In this document: positions 44,699 through 56,234 of the stretch, one piece after another
Layout of the letters: every line of letters begins with the position of its first letter
How positions within the stretch are numbered: position 1 is the first letter of the stretch
Position numbers and translations under genes: made by a program
Notes under the pieces: model-generated
Databases searched by the model: none
The model's input: the letters and a program-made list of their open reading frames with translations, nothing else
What the model was told of the DNA's origin: nothing
From: an uncultured cyanobacterium
Lineage (GTDB): Bacteria > Cyanobacteriota > Cyanobacteriia > Cyanobacteriales > Cyanobacteriaceae
Direction of reading: 5' to 3'
Assembly (NCBI GenBank): GCA_963710605.1
Contig: CAVQBA010000007.1
Location: 224,001-288,000 of the forward strand
DNA: 64,000 nucleotides

Positions 44699-44976
44699 AA
44701 TTATTTTGGAGTCAAAGATTCATTAGAGATTTTAAACGCTTGATTCGCAAAAATCCCCAAATGCGTGATGCCGTTGAAACAACTTTGACAATTCTGGCTG
44801 AAGATTATACGCAACCAAGTTTAAGAAGTCATAAATTGAAGGGTGATTTACAAGGATGTTGGTCATGTTCCATTGATTATGGTAACAGAATTATTTTTGA
44901 GTTTGTGACCAATCTAGATGATAATAATGTAGCTATAAATTTATTGACTTTAGGTTCTCACGATGATGTTTATTAA
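44695..44976 (+). CDS. YafQ-type toxin; expected start codon reads ATA
   Basis: (I)KLFWSQRFIRDFKRLIRKNPQ, LRSHKLKGDL, WSCSIDY, LGSHDDVY. Confidence 0.82.
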   Translation: MKLFWSQRFIRDFKRLIRKNPQMRDAVETTLTILAEDYTQPSLRSHKLKGDLQGCWSCSIDYGNRIIFEFVTNLDDNNVAINLLTLGSHDDVY

Positions 44977-45216
44977 AAAGTTATAAAATCTCAAGATAAA
45001 ATCAACAATACTCAAATCAAAAAAACAAAATGATGAGTGAATATTTTAATGTCGTCAAATATGGTTTTTTTGCCATCACCTAAAGTTACAATTTCTGAAG
45101 CATTGCATCTTGCCAAAAATGAAGAAAAATAAAAAAACTATCATATACGGGTTGAACAATGTTCAACCCCTACTTACTTAAAACTTATTACTTATCAACC
45201 ACCATTTAATCCGAAT

Positions 45217-46219
<1,003 letters not shown>

Positions 46220-46243
46220 AAAGCTCAATAAAAAGCCAAATAA

Positions 46244-46290
46244 TGAAATTGATAATCATTATTGTATTATAAAAATGATTATCATTCTTA
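46244..46290. promoter_or_regulatory. Two Zur/Fur-type boxes between divergent hemB and the FAD oxidoreductase gene
   Basis: TGAAATTGATAATCATTATTG 46244-46264; TAAAAATGATTATCATTCTTA 46270-46290. Confidence 0.78.
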
Positions 46291-46298
46291 TTTTAGTT

Positions 46299-47513
46299 GT
46301 GGAATTACCGAAGTATATCGATCTAGCTATTATCGGAGCAGGAGTTCAGGCTTTAACTTTAACTACGCATTTATTACAAAAAAGTGCGAAACATTATCAT
46401 AAATTCATAGTTTTCGATCCTAGTCAAACTTGGATGAGACAATGGCAACAACAATTTGCCGCACAACAAATACCTTATTTACGATCGCCTGCTGTCCATC
46501 ATCCAGATCCTAATCCTCATCAATTGAGAACCTTTGCCGAAAATCGCCATAACGAGCTATTTCCGCCCTATGACAGACCCGGAACAAAGCTTTTTAATGA
46601 TTTTTGTCAGGAAGTAATTCGTCGTTGGCAATTAGCCGATAATAAGATTTATCCAGCTAAAGTAATCCAGATTATCGCCAACAAACAAGCTTCTCATTCT
46701 CGGTTTCAATTAGTTTTAGAAACAGGTGAAACGATCGTTGCCCGTAAAGTTGTATTGGCAACGGGGAGCGGAAAAACTCAACTTCCTGATTGGGTAGAAA
46801 AAATTACCTCTAATTATCCCTCAGACAAGTTATGTCACTCTCAACAGGTCAACTTAGAGCGGCTTAACCTCAGAGGAGAAAGTATCTTAATTATTGGTGG
46901 AGGCTTAACTAGCGGACATTTAGCTAAAGGTGCGATCGAATTAGGAGCAACCGTGACTTTAATGACGAGAAAGCAGTTACAAGCAAAAATCTTTGATGCT
47001 GACCCCTGTTGGTTAGGTCCTAAATGCCTCAAGCAGTTTCACGCTCAAACAGATTGGTATCTGCGTTACCAACAAATTCAAGAAGCACGTAATGGTGGTT
47101 CGATGACTCCTGAAATGCTGTCAAAATTACGCAAAGCCTCTAATCGAGGGAAGATAACGATCGATGAAAACTGTCAAGTAAGTTCGGCACAATGGCAAGA
47201 TTCTTGTTGGCAAGTTAGTTGTCTTGATGGCAATCGACATCAGTTTAACCGCATTTGGTTGGCTACGGGAACGAAATTTGATGTTACCGAACATCCTTTA
47301 TTAAAAGATGTCTTAAAAACTTATCCCACCCAAATAGTTAACGGTTTACCTGTTCTCGATCGACATTTACGTCTGCGGTTGTCTAACTTTTTTATTATGG
47401 GTGGCTTGGCGGCTTTGCAAATTGGACCTGTAGCGAGAAATATCGGCGGTGGGAAAATGGCGGCAGATTTAATTGTTCCAGCGATCGTTAAATCTAGTTT
47501 GGCGATCGCTTAG
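46299..47513 (+). CDS. FAD/NAD(P)-binding oxidoreductase (lysine/ornithine N-hydroxylase-like fold)
   Basis: IIGAGVQA, YLRSPAVHHP, LATG, IIGGGLTS; likely GTG start at 46299 because the 46275 ATG lies inside the operator. Confidence 0.82.
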   Translation: MELPKYIDLAIIGAGVQALTLTTHLLQKSAKHYHKFIVFDPSQTWMRQWQQQFAAQQIPYLRSPAVHHPDPNPHQLRTFAENRHNELFPPYDRPGTKLFNDFCQEVIRRWQLADNKIYPAKVIQIIANKQASHSRFQLVLETGETIVARKVVLATGSGKTQLPDWVEKITSNYPSDKLCHSQQVNLERLNLRGESILIIGGGLTSGHLAKGAIELGATVTLMTRKQLQAKIFDADPCWLGPKCLKQFHAQTDWYLRYQQIQEARNGGSMTPEMLSKLRKASNRGKITIDENCQVSSAQWQDSCWQVSCLDGNRHQFNRIWLATGTKFDVTEHPLLKDVLKTYPTQIVNGLPVLDRHLRLRLSNFFIMGGLAALQIGPVARNIGGGKMAADLIVPAIVKSSLAIA

Positions 47514-47633
47514 CACCGTGCTTTCAGAATAGACATCTTTTCATAATTGTCAAAATCAGAGTTTTTTATCCCAATTCAAATAAAATTTGCGACAGTTGTT
47601 GTCAGTAACTCCCCAAGTCTCCCCTTCCCAAGG

Positions 47634-47793
47634 CAGGGCTGTTTCATGTCTTATTTTTGTAATTTCTACAATGCCAGAAATAGCAGTAAATTTAGCCGTT
47701 TTTTTCTAATAGTAAAACTATCATGTATCTAAATCGCTCGATCGAGTATATTTATTGTGAGCAGATAGCTATTTATAGTGAATAATAAACAGT
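47634..47793 (+). mobile_element. CAGGG-ended MITE, copy 2
   Basis: First 28 nt identical to the 29923 copy; similarity continues throughout. Confidence 0.75.
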
Positions 47794-48014
47794 TATTCTC
47801 GCACTCTCTCAATTCTTTTACTGAACAATTCTCAATTCTTAAAGCTATACATATCGATCGTTTTTGATTAAACTAAGTTTATTAATTGTAGTTAACACTA
47901 ATTACTCTTCATCTTTGATGGCTTAATTTTCGATCTAATTTATCTAACTAAATCTCATTGAAAATCGCCATTTTGACTTTAAATTAATTATTATTAACTT
48001 ACTCTCACTTACTT

Positions 48015-48542
48015 TTGACTATGTCCAAAGCTATTATATTACAACCAGATTTGGTTTTAGGAGATGTTATCATTCACCTGACACCACAGTTAATTCAAAA
48101 ACATAATCTCAAAGGTTTGATTTTAGACGTAGATGAAACATTAGTGCCTTGGCGAACAACACAACTATCTCCTGAATTAATCGAATGGGCAAAAAATATT
48201 CGTCAATATACAGATTTATGGCTGGTTAGTAACAACATCAGTGAAAGTCGAATTGCTAAAATTGCGGCTGAGATTGATGTTCCTTTTTTTCATGGTGCGA
48301 GAAAACCTTCTCGCCGTAAATTGAAAACTGCCGCACAACAAATGAATCATCCTTTAAACGAAATTGCTATGGTAGGCGATCGTATTTTTACTGATGTATT
48401 AGCAGGTAATCGTTTAGGTTTATTTACTATTCTCGTTGAACCAATGATTACCCCTGGAGAGCATAAACGCAGACTTTTTTCAATTCGTAATTTTGAAGTC
48501 TGGATCTCCCAAAAATTGGGGGTTTCTCTTTACAATACTTAA
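48015..48542 (+). CDS. YqeG-family HAD IIIA phosphatase
   Basis: LILDVDETL, VSNN, ARKP, MVGDRIFTDVLAG. Confidence 0.92.
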   Translation: MTMSKAIILQPDLVLGDVIIHLTPQLIQKHNLKGLILDVDETLVPWRTTQLSPELIEWAKNIRQYTDLWLVSNNISESRIAKIAAEIDVPFFHGARKPSRRKLKTAAQQMNHPLNEIAMVGDRIFTDVLAGNRLGLFTILVEPMITPGEHKRRLFSIRNFEVWISQKLGVSLYNT

Positions 48543-48644
48543 TATTAGCTTACATTTGTTAATAAATAAGTACAATTATTCATCAAATATAAAAAAAGTA
48601 TTAAGAAAATCAAGTTTGATGTCGAAACGTGTCATTATAGCTAA

Positions 48645-48750
48645 TGAAGATAAATTGAGGTCAGCACAAATAAAGACCTTAAAAATATATAATTTAATAT
48701 AAAAAAAACGAAGGCATCTCTCTTAATATTTAAAAGAGGTGCTTTTAATA
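48645..48750 (+). ncRNA. Candidate small RNA (two hairpins)
   Basis: TTGAGGTC/GACCTTAA stem 48655-48682; AAGGCATCTCT/AGAGGTGCTTT stem 48711-48745 followed by T-rich sequence; G-U pairs favour the + strand. Confidence 0.4.
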
Positions 48751-49139
48751 TTTGTCTTTTTTCTTAATTTAAGTTCATTATTCTACACATTTTCTTTTTT
48801 TGGTTTTGAATTAACTAAAACTATCTTTCTTGGTTTTGAATAAATTATCGATACAAGCTTAAGTAATAAGGATAGGTTATACAAAGTTAAGAATAATCTA
48901 AGATATAGTAAGCTGTAATAACCATTTGGCGAGTAATCGAGTTATTATAGAAACAAGAATCAAACTTTGGTTTGAGAAGAATAAAAAATACGGAACATGA
49001 TTAATCAATTGGTGGTCATCTGGTATAACTTTGTATAGAAAAAATTAACTATTTTCCTGTATTGCCAATTAATTACGAAACAAAAAAAGCATTACGGGAA
49101 TCTGACTGCAACTGAAAAAATTTATTCACAATACCGAAT

Positions 49140-49955
49140 ATGCTTAAATCATTAATTTCGCACAAATTATCTATTCTTATCTTGACAACTGTGTCAACTA
49201 TATTGCCTTTAAGTTCGGCTAATGCCAATACCTTCCAAGAAACGGAAGTTAATCAAGAAGGTTTTATTGCGATCGCACAACCGTTTGGAGAAAATAAATA
49301 TAACTTGATTGTAATTGAACAAATACCTGAAAAAGATACTTGTTGGAATGAAGACGCAGAGAGTGAAAATCCAGTCAATGTAGATTTGTTATTAATCAAT
49401 TTCGATTTTAGTGGTCATTGTCGTCGTAGTACTGATGCTAATGGTTATTCCATCCGTTATGATGGTGAAGACTACGGATTAGATTTCCTTCTAACTTTAA
49501 CCGAAATTGATGGCGAGTTAGTTTTGATGGGTAGTAATAGAAGTAATCCTCGTCAACCACCAATTATTGTTGGTACATCCGACGGATTAAACGGACAACC
49601 AATGAAAATCAAACTAAACCCCGGATGGCGTTTTACAAAAAGAACTTATGAGGGTAAAGTTTTAGGTCATGTTTATTTTAGCTATGATTCTGCTTCTGTT
49701 ATACCGATAACTGAAGAAATAGAAGAAATAGAAGAAATAGAAGAAATGAACAATAATATTGATATGTCTGTACCAGAACAATTAGAAGATGATCTACAAC
49801 TAGATATTGAGGATAATACCCCAGTACCAGAAACATCGGAAATTAGAGAGATAATTGCACCTGAAATTGAACCGCTAAAACAAATGAAGAAATCGACTAG
49901 CAGAAAATTTTCTTCAATGAATAAAAGCAAAATACAATATATCAACAGTAAATAA
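49140..49955 (+). CDS. DUF3747 secreted protein with acidic tail
   Basis: Signal peptide; FIAIAQP, FDFSGHCRRSTDANGYSIR, GWRFTKRTY. Confidence 0.85.
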   Translation: MLKSLISHKLSILILTTVSTILPLSSANANTFQETEVNQEGFIAIAQPFGENKYNLIVIEQIPEKDTCWNEDAESENPVNVDLLLINFDFSGHCRRSTDANGYSIRYDGEDYGLDFLLTLTEIDGELVLMGSNRSNPRQPPIIVGTSDGLNGQPMKIKLNPGWRFTKRTYEGKVLGHVYFSYDSASVIPITEEIEEIEEIEEMNNNIDMSVPEQLEDDLQLDIEDNTPVPETSEIREIIAPEIEPLKQMKKSTSRKFSSMNKSKIQYINSK

Positions 49956-49962
49956 GATTTAA

Positions 49963-49990
49963 CCCCACTTTTCTCTGGGTGGGGATTTGT
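49963..49990 (+). terminator. Probable intrinsic terminator
   Basis: CCCCAC...GTGGGG stem just after the stop, between convergent genes. Confidence 0.5.
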
Positions 49991-50153
49991 GTTTCTTTGT
50001 TGTATTTAAAACTTTTCCTAACCCCTTTTTTTCGGTGAATATTAATCTCTCATCTGATGATTGAAATGGCTATAAATTAATATTATCGTTAATTACCAAT
50101 ATGTGTACTTTTTCTGATTAAAAAAGATTAAAGTCTTTACTAGAGAAGGTTTA

Positions 50154-52127
50154 TCAAGCTAATTCAGATAGATTGAGCCATTCTTCTGTTTTATCGTCTA
50201 AATCTTTAGTTAATTTATTCAGTTTTGCGGTACATTGATTTAACTCTTCATAGTCTAGATTACCGGCATAGATTTTCTGTTCTAATTCTGCTTTTTGTTT
50301 TTCTAATTTAGGAATCGTGGTATTTTCTAGTTTTTCCAATTCTCTTTGTTGATAACTAGATAATTTTTTAGCTGACTTACTTGGTGATGATTTGGTTGAT
50401 GACTTAGTTGATGATTTAGTTTTACTAACTACTTTTTTTGCTGTTTTAGTGGTTGTTTTTTTGGTGGTTGTTTCTTGCTCTTGTTGTGCTTGTTTAAGTT
50501 CGTATTCTTCTTGTTTTTTATATTCCAAATAAACAGAATAATTACCGGGATATTGTTTAATGCCGCCTTTACCATCAAGAGCGAAAATAGTATCTACAGT
50601 ACGATCGAGAAAATATCGATCGTGAGCGACAACAATCACACAACCGGCAAAAGATTCGATATACTCTTCTAATACAGATAATGTTTGTACATCCAAATCA
50701 TTAGTTGGTTCATCTAAAATCAAGACATTAGGGTTACTAATTAAAATACGGAGTAAAAAAAGACGGCGTTTTTCTCCCCCAGACAATTTTTCGATCGGTG
50801 CATATTGCTGATTTGGAGTAAACAAAAATCTTTCTAACAACTGCGATGCACTTATCTGTTTCCCTTCTCCTGTCTCCACAAAACTGGCAACGTCTTTGAT
50901 ATATTCCATCACTCGTTGTTGATTCTCTTTAGCCGTAATCAAATTCTCGGAATACTGATCAAAATAACCAATTTTAATCGTGCCACCAATCTCGATTCTG
51001 CCGCTATCAGGAGTAATATTTTCTAAAATCAAATTCATTAAAGTCGATTTTCCTGCCCCATTAGCCCCAATAATACCGACTCGCTCATTGGGGACAAATT
51101 CATAACTAAAATCTTTAATTAAAGTCCGATCGTCAAAAGATTTGCTAACATTATGAAATTCAATCACCTTCTTACCAATCCGCCGAGAAGGAGTATCAAT
51201 CTCTACCTTTTGTTGAACTTGCTTAAACTCTCGCTCTTGCATCTGTCCAATTCTTTGGATTCTTGCTCTTTGCTTCGTGCTTCGTGCTTTTGCACCTCTT
51301 TGTAGCCATTTTAATTCTCTACGTAACACCCCTTGATGTTTCTTTTGGCTACTAGCAGTCGATTCTTCTTCCAGTGCTTTTTTTTCTAAATAATATGTAT
51401 AGTTACCGTTGTAGTTATACATCTCACCTTGATCGATTTCGAGAATACGGTTGGTGACTCGATCGAGAAAATAACGATCGTGAGTAATTAATAATATTGC
51501 CCCTGAAAATTTTTGTAAGTATCCTTGTAACCATTCCACCGATTGGGCATCAAGATGGTTAGTCGGCTCATCCATTAACAACAAATCAGGCTCAGCCATC
51601 AAAGCCGCCGCTAAAGCAACTCGTTTACGATAACCTCCTGATAAATCACCCATTCGAGCCGAAAAATCATCAATACCTAATTTATCAAGAATAATTTTAG
51701 CGTTAGTTTCCAAATCCCAAGCATTAAGGATATCAATTTTTTCTGTAACCTCAGCCAGTTTACTCATCAACTGTGGTTGTGTTTGCTCATTGCATCCAGA
51801 AGCCAAGCGTTGCGATATATCTTCATAATCCCTGATTAATTGCATCTGCTCACTACAATAGGCAAAGACTTGTTCTAAGACGTTATTCTCAGGAACGATA
51901 TCAGGTTGCTGAGGAAGATAGATTATTTTTGCCCCAGATTTAACAACTATTTCTCCTGCATCTGCTATTTCAATTCCTGCTAGTATTTTTAATATCGTTG
52001 ATTTACCTGAACCATTGACACCGATTAAACCAACTTTATCTCCTTCTTCAATGCTAAAACTTGCGTCTTTGAGTATTTCTTTGATCCCAAAGTCTTTTTT
52101 TAATGATTTGATGGTTATAATCGTCAT
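50154..52127 (-). CDS. ABC-F family ATPase (Uup-like)
   Basis: Two ABC domains (GVNGSGKST, LSGG, DEPTNHLD; GANGAGKST, DEPTNDLD), no TM, coiled-coil tail. Confidence 0.93.
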   Translation of the reverse strand: MTIITIKSLKKDFGIKEILKDASFSIEEGDKVGLIGVNGSGKSTILKILAGIEIADAGEIVVKSGAKIIYLPQQPDIVPENNVLEQVFAYCSEQMQLIRDYEDISQRLASGCNEQTQPQLMSKLAEVTEKIDILNAWDLETNAKIILDKLGIDDFSARMGDLSGGYRKRVALAAALMAEPDLLLMDEPTNHLDAQSVEWLQGYLQKFSGAILLITHDRYFLDRVTNRILEIDQGEMYNYNGNYTYYLEKKALEEESTASSQKKHQGVLRRELKWLQRGAKARSTKQRARIQRIGQMQEREFKQVQQKVEIDTPSRRIGKKVIEFHNVSKSFDDRTLIKDFSYEFVPNERVGIIGANGAGKSTLMNLILENITPDSGRIEIGGTIKIGYFDQYSENLITAKENQQRVMEYIKDVASFVETGEGKQISASQLLERFLFTPNQQYAPIEKLSGGEKRRLFLLRILISNPNVLILDEPTNDLDVQTLSVLEEYIESFAGCVIVVAHDRYFLDRTVDTIFALDGKGGIKQYPGNYSVYLEYKKQEEYELKQAQQEQETTTKKTTTKTAKKVVSKTKSSTKSSTKSSPSKSAKKLSSYQQRELEKLENTTIPKLEKQKAELEQKIYAGNLDYEELNQCTAKLNKLTKDLDDKTEEWLNLSELA

Positions 52128-52375
52128 TAGTAATTTATCTTTTTGTTGCGATTAGCTCAAGTCAAAATACTTTTCACAACTTATGTTTATGTCAAATTTT
52201 GACCTTCAATCTTATATTGTAACTTGACTAGCTAACAAATATTGAGAGGTTTTCTTTTGGGTATTTGATAATTGAAACAGTCACAAAAAACGATCGTAAC
52301 TTAGGTATCAAATCAATTGAATAGAGAATGTCTGTTTTCGCTAAAATGTACAAAATAGTCATTTTATTATTAGCA

Positions 52376-52639
52376 ATGAAAACTTACACCTTAACTCAAA
52401 CTCGCAATCAACATGGGGAAGTTTTTGATAAAGCCCAAGTTGAGCCAGTATTAATTACAAAGCAAAAAAGACCAACTCATGTAATTATATCAGCCGAAAC
52501 TTATCAACAACTAATCACTAGACTAGAAGAATTGGAGGATTTTAATTTAGGTAATACAGCTCAAAATGCGATTAGCCAATCATCAATGGTAGGAAGCGAA
52601 GAATTTACTGCTATCTTAGAGAAAATAGCTAATGGCTAA
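52376..52639 (+). CDS. Phd/YefM antitoxin
   Basis: MKTYTLTQTRNQHGEVFDKA..EPVLITKQ; start moved to the internal ATG. Confidence 0.85.
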   Translation: MKTYTLTQTRNQHGEVFDKAQVEPVLITKQKRPTHVIISAETYQQLITRLEELEDFNLGNTAQNAISQSSMVGSEEFTAILEKIANG

Positions 52640-52913
52640 ACTAGATGGATTACAAGCAGTATTAGATTTTTTAAAGAATTTACAACCAAAAATCGCCGCT
52701 CAAATAGCTAAAAAAACATTATCTCTTAATATTAATCCTTTACCCACAGATAGTAAAAAGCTGAAAGGATATTCTAATTATTATCGAGTAGATAGTGGTG
52801 AATATCGTATTGTTTATCGTTATTTACCCGAAGACGATTTAGTAGAAGTAATTTTAGTCGGCAAACGTAATGATGATGATGTCTATAAAAAATTAGCTCG
52901 TTTACTAAAATAA
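52632..52913 (+). CDS. RelE/ParE toxin
   Basis: DSKKLKGY, YRVDSGEYRIVY, VGKRNDDDVY. Confidence 0.9.
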   Translation: MAKLDGLQAVLDFLKNLQPKIAAQIAKKTLSLNINPLPTDSKKLKGYSNYYRVDSGEYRIVYRYLPEDDLVEVILVGKRNDDDVYKKLARLLK

Positions 52914-52951
52914 TATATTAGTATTTATTAGTTTTTCTCTGATTAACATAG

Positions 52952-53065
52952 CAGGGTTGATTCATTTTAGGAAGCAAAAAATAGCTAGAAGCTAAAAATA
53001 AATAGCTAGAAGCTATTACTAGAGAACGATCGAACGGCTTATTTGGTACATATATTTTAAATTTT
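52952..53065 (-). mobile_element. CAGGG-ended MITE, copy 3 (partial, inverted)
   Basis: Reverse complement contains TAGCTTCTAGCTATTTATTTT...ATGAATCAACCCTG, matching the right half of copy 1. Confidence 0.65.
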
Positions 53066-53255
53066 GCCTTTAATCTAATTATTTTTTTAGCTTAGATAAC
53101 AACTATATTAAATATATCTAAGGCTTTAACTACGATCGAATAATTTATGTCGGCTAATTGTAAGGTGATTATTTTCTTTTCAACTTGTCAAACTAAATAA
53201 CAAACTTGATTCAGAATATCGATCGAAAGCTGTTATATCTAAAACAAATACTTTT

Positions 53256-54830
53256 TTAACTCTTATAAAGAGTAACGCCTTTATCTGTTATTGTAAAAAT
53301 ATTTACCTTCACACCCTTGAGATTAGTATTTTCTAAGTTTACATTCATTAAAGTAGCAAATCTCAAATTAGCAAATCTCAAATCTACATTCTTTAAATTG
53401 GCATTCGCTAAACTAGTATTCTCTAAATTAGCACCCTGTAAATTAGCGTTTTCTAAATCAATATTGTTTAAGTTAATGTCTTGTAGATTAGCATATTCTA
53501 AATTAGCTCCTTGTAAATTTTTTCTTGATTCTGGATGATTAACAATATCCCAAACAAGATACCATTTTCGATCGATTATGGTATTCTCATTTAATTCAAC
53601 TCCTTGTAAATTAGCTCGGTTTAAAACAGCATCTTTTAAATTAGCATTTTTTAAATTAGCATTTTTCAAATTAGCTTTGTTAAAACGAACATCCTGTAAA
53701 TTAGCACCCTCTAAATTAGCATTTTCTAAATTACTACCTTTAAGACTAACTCCTCTTAAATCATAATTTTTTAAACAACTTGACTCTAAATTGGTATTTT
53801 GTAATTGAGCATTTTTTAAATTAGCCTTTTCTAGATTAGTGTTTTTTAAATTGACGTTTTGTAGATTAGTATTTTCTAAATTAGTATTTTGTAGATTGGC
53901 ATTTTCTAAATTAGTATTTTGTAGATTGGCATTTTCTAAATTAGCCCCCCGTAAATTAATTCCTTGTAAATTAGCATATTCTAAATCAACACCTTGTAAG
54001 TTTCTGTTGGGTTTTTGATCAGTTAAAATATCCCGTATTAAATAAATCTTTTTCGCTATGTTAGTATTATTATTCTGAATATCTTTTTCTTTTTTATAAA
54101 AGCTTTGCAAACTAGCATTTTCTAAATTAGTATCCTGCAAATTGACACCTCGTAAATAAACACCTTTCAAACAAGTATTTTTTAGGTTAGCACCTTGTAA
54201 ATTAGTATCTGTTAAAATAGCGTCTCCTAACCTACAATTTTCTAAATTAGCATCCTTTAAATTACATCTTTGCAAGTTTGCATTTGTTAAACCACAGCCT
54301 TTTAAATTAGCATTTGTTAAATTAGTTTGAATCAACTTGGCAGAATATAAGTCTGCGTTTGTCAAGTTTGCTCCCTGTAAGTTACCATCTTTCAAGTAAA
54401 AATGCGATAAATCAATCTGCTTTTGGGGATTATCTTTTCTCCATTGATTCCATAACTTTAAATATTTTGAAATGATGTTATGTAAAATATTTCGGCTTTG
54501 CCAATAATGATTTAAAGCAGATAAAACAAATATTTTAGGTATTCGATCGAGTTTTAAAATACTAATAAATGCACTTTCTGACATTTGTCTTAAGAAATGA
54601 GGATTACTGAGAAAATATAAATCTAAAACAGGATTAGCTAAAAATTCAGCAGGGCAATATTCGGCTAATTGAAGAAGTATTTCTAAAGGCGTATTTGGAT
54701 TACTAGTTAGGGCTTTTTTGATCGGATATTGGCGATATTCTTGATAAATTTTTACTAAACGCTCGCCAGATGTATTATGATTATTGGCTTCAATTAAGAT
54801 AGTATCTAAATATTGGTTTTGTTCGTTCAT
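53256..54830 (-). CDS. Pentapeptide repeat protein with N-terminal LRV-like repeat
   Basis: NPNTPLEILLQLA..P..FLANP then extensive ANLxx repeats. Confidence 0.9.
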   Translation of the reverse strand: MNEQNQYLDTILIEANNHNTSGERLVKIYQEYRQYPIKKALTSNPNTPLEILLQLAEYCPAEFLANPVLDLYFLSNPHFLRQMSESAFISILKLDRIPKIFVLSALNHYWQSRNILHNIISKYLKLWNQWRKDNPQKQIDLSHFYLKDGNLQGANLTNADLYSAKLIQTNLTNANLKGCGLTNANLQRCNLKDANLENCRLGDAILTDTNLQGANLKNTCLKGVYLRGVNLQDTNLENASLQSFYKKEKDIQNNNTNIAKKIYLIRDILTDQKPNRNLQGVDLEYANLQGINLRGANLENANLQNTNLENANLQNTNLENTNLQNVNLKNTNLEKANLKNAQLQNTNLESSCLKNYDLRGVSLKGSNLENANLEGANLQDVRFNKANLKNANLKNANLKDAVLNRANLQGVELNENTIIDRKWYLVWDIVNHPESRKNLQGANLEYANLQDINLNNIDLENANLQGANLENTSLANANLKNVDLRFANLRFATLMNVNLENTNLKGVKVNIFTITDKGVTLYKS

Positions 54831-55136
54831 AATTTACATCCTCAATCTGAAGATTTTCTTCAAGCGTATTATAATTGTTTTACTGAAAATGGTTTCAAAA
54901 ACGCTCAGCCGAAGGTTAGCACTGCACACGATATTAGTTAAATGTTAGCTACAAATAAATAATTTTTCCACAACACCAAGCTCGATCGATTTTCCAGAGA
55001 ATAATCCACGCACTCCGTAGGGGTAGAATACCATTCTACCCTTCTCTTTTTAATATTGACCTCAAGTGCGATACTCGTGATTTAATCGCAATTTAAGTTA
55101 GGATATAAAAAAAGTCGATCGAATCAAAACGAGTCA

Positions 55137-55547
55137 ATGAGTCAATATTACGTTATTTATGATGGTAATTGTAACCTATGTGTAACCTTAACTAAATTTT
55201 TAGAAAGTTTGGATAAAGGAAAAATATTTAGTTATACACCAATGCAAGACGAATTAACATTGTCCAAATTAGATGTAACTGCTGATGATTGTGAACAAGG
55301 TATGATTGTCATTTCTGCGGATTCTCCTCAACAAAGATGGCAAGGTAGCGATGCAGTAGAGCAAATTGGTAAATTGTTACCTACAGGTAATTTGTTTGTC
55401 AATTTTTATCGTGCGTTACCAATGGCGAAGAATATGGGCGATAACTTTTATAGCTATATTAGAGATAATCGTTATGACTTGTTTGGTAAGACTGACAAAA
55501 CTTATGTTTCTGAATATGTAGTTAATTGCGATAATAATAGTTGCTAA
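55137..55547 (+). CDS. DCC1-like thiol-disulfide oxidoreductase (DUF393)
   Basis: YDGNCNLC, GSDA, Y..IRDNRY. Confidence 0.88.
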   Translation: MSQYYVIYDGNCNLCVTLTKFLESLDKGKIFSYTPMQDELTLSKLDVTADDCEQGMIVISADSPQQRWQGSDAVEQIGKLLPTGNLFVNFYRALPMAKNMGDNFYSYIRDNRYDLFGKTDKTYVSEYVVNCDNNSC

Positions 55548-55804
55548 AATAAATAAAAATTGACGATCGCATTCAAGAAAAATTTATATAACTTATGTTT
55601 TGGCAAACGCTACTTTTTGCAGATATGAGGTTTTGATTCTTGTCAACCGCCACTACTTAAACTAATTATACTTTTGAGACAGGTCGTGCGATCGGTTAGA
55701 AAATGTTGCTCGGCGTACTCTAAACTACATCAGTCATATTTTATAATACTTCTAGAGCCGATACGATCGCTCTCGGGTTTGATATCGGCTGATAAAACGA
55801 TCGA

Positions 55805-56026
55805 TCAATTCCCCCAGTACTCTCCAGGAAGATCTTTTTTTGTAACCGTAACCCTGCCAACTTTCTTACCTGACATTCTCAATAATTCATCACCTGAAAA
55901 TTCAAAACCAAGCCTTAGTGCTATTAGTGCAACATCATCTGCTGTTGATGAAGCAACCACCTCATTTCTAAGTGCAGGATCAGACTGCATTTTCTTTAAA
56001 AATGCTTCGAGTTGATCTAAAGCCAT
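55805..56026 (-). CDS. Nif11-like leader peptide family protein
   Basis: QLEAFLKKMQSDPAL...DDVALIA..LGFEFSGDEL; GGAG RBS upstream. Confidence 0.8.
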   Translation of the reverse strand: MALDQLEAFLKKMQSDPALRNEVVASSTADDVALIALRLGFEFSGDELLRMSGKKVGRVTVTKKDLPGEYWGN

Positions 56027-56144
56027 GTTTCAAACTCCTATTCTCGCTGTTTGGTGTTGCGAACTTGTTAATCTGAATTATAACCTAAAAGGGGATGTTA
56101 AGCCGTTGTTTGTCGCATGAGTCCAGATACTTTGTTCTAAAGAA

Positions 56145-56224
56145 GGTGAAATTGCCTGCCAATGAATATTTATTACCCTTATTCGACTATTTTACCGTGA
56201 TTGATTACCGCAATACGATCGCAT
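56145..56224. repeat. Mosaic local duplication of three downstream segments
   Basis: Matches 56587-56612 (26/26), 56746-56765 (19/20) and 56891-56934 (42/44). Confidence 0.9.
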
Positions 56225-56234
56225 CTTATGACAA

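Noticed and set aside
47547-47732. 61-aa ORF
   Set aside because: Overlaps MITE copy 2
48493-48702. 69-aa ORF after yqeG
   Set aside because: Overlaps the yqeG end, weak start, no motif; RNA structure explains the region better
55674-56015. 113-aa plus-strand ORF
   Set aside because: Antisense to the Nif11-like gene
56145-56224. Diversity-generating retroelement template/variable repeat pair
   Set aside because: No reverse transcriptase, mismatches are not adenine-specific, and the segment is a three-part mosaic
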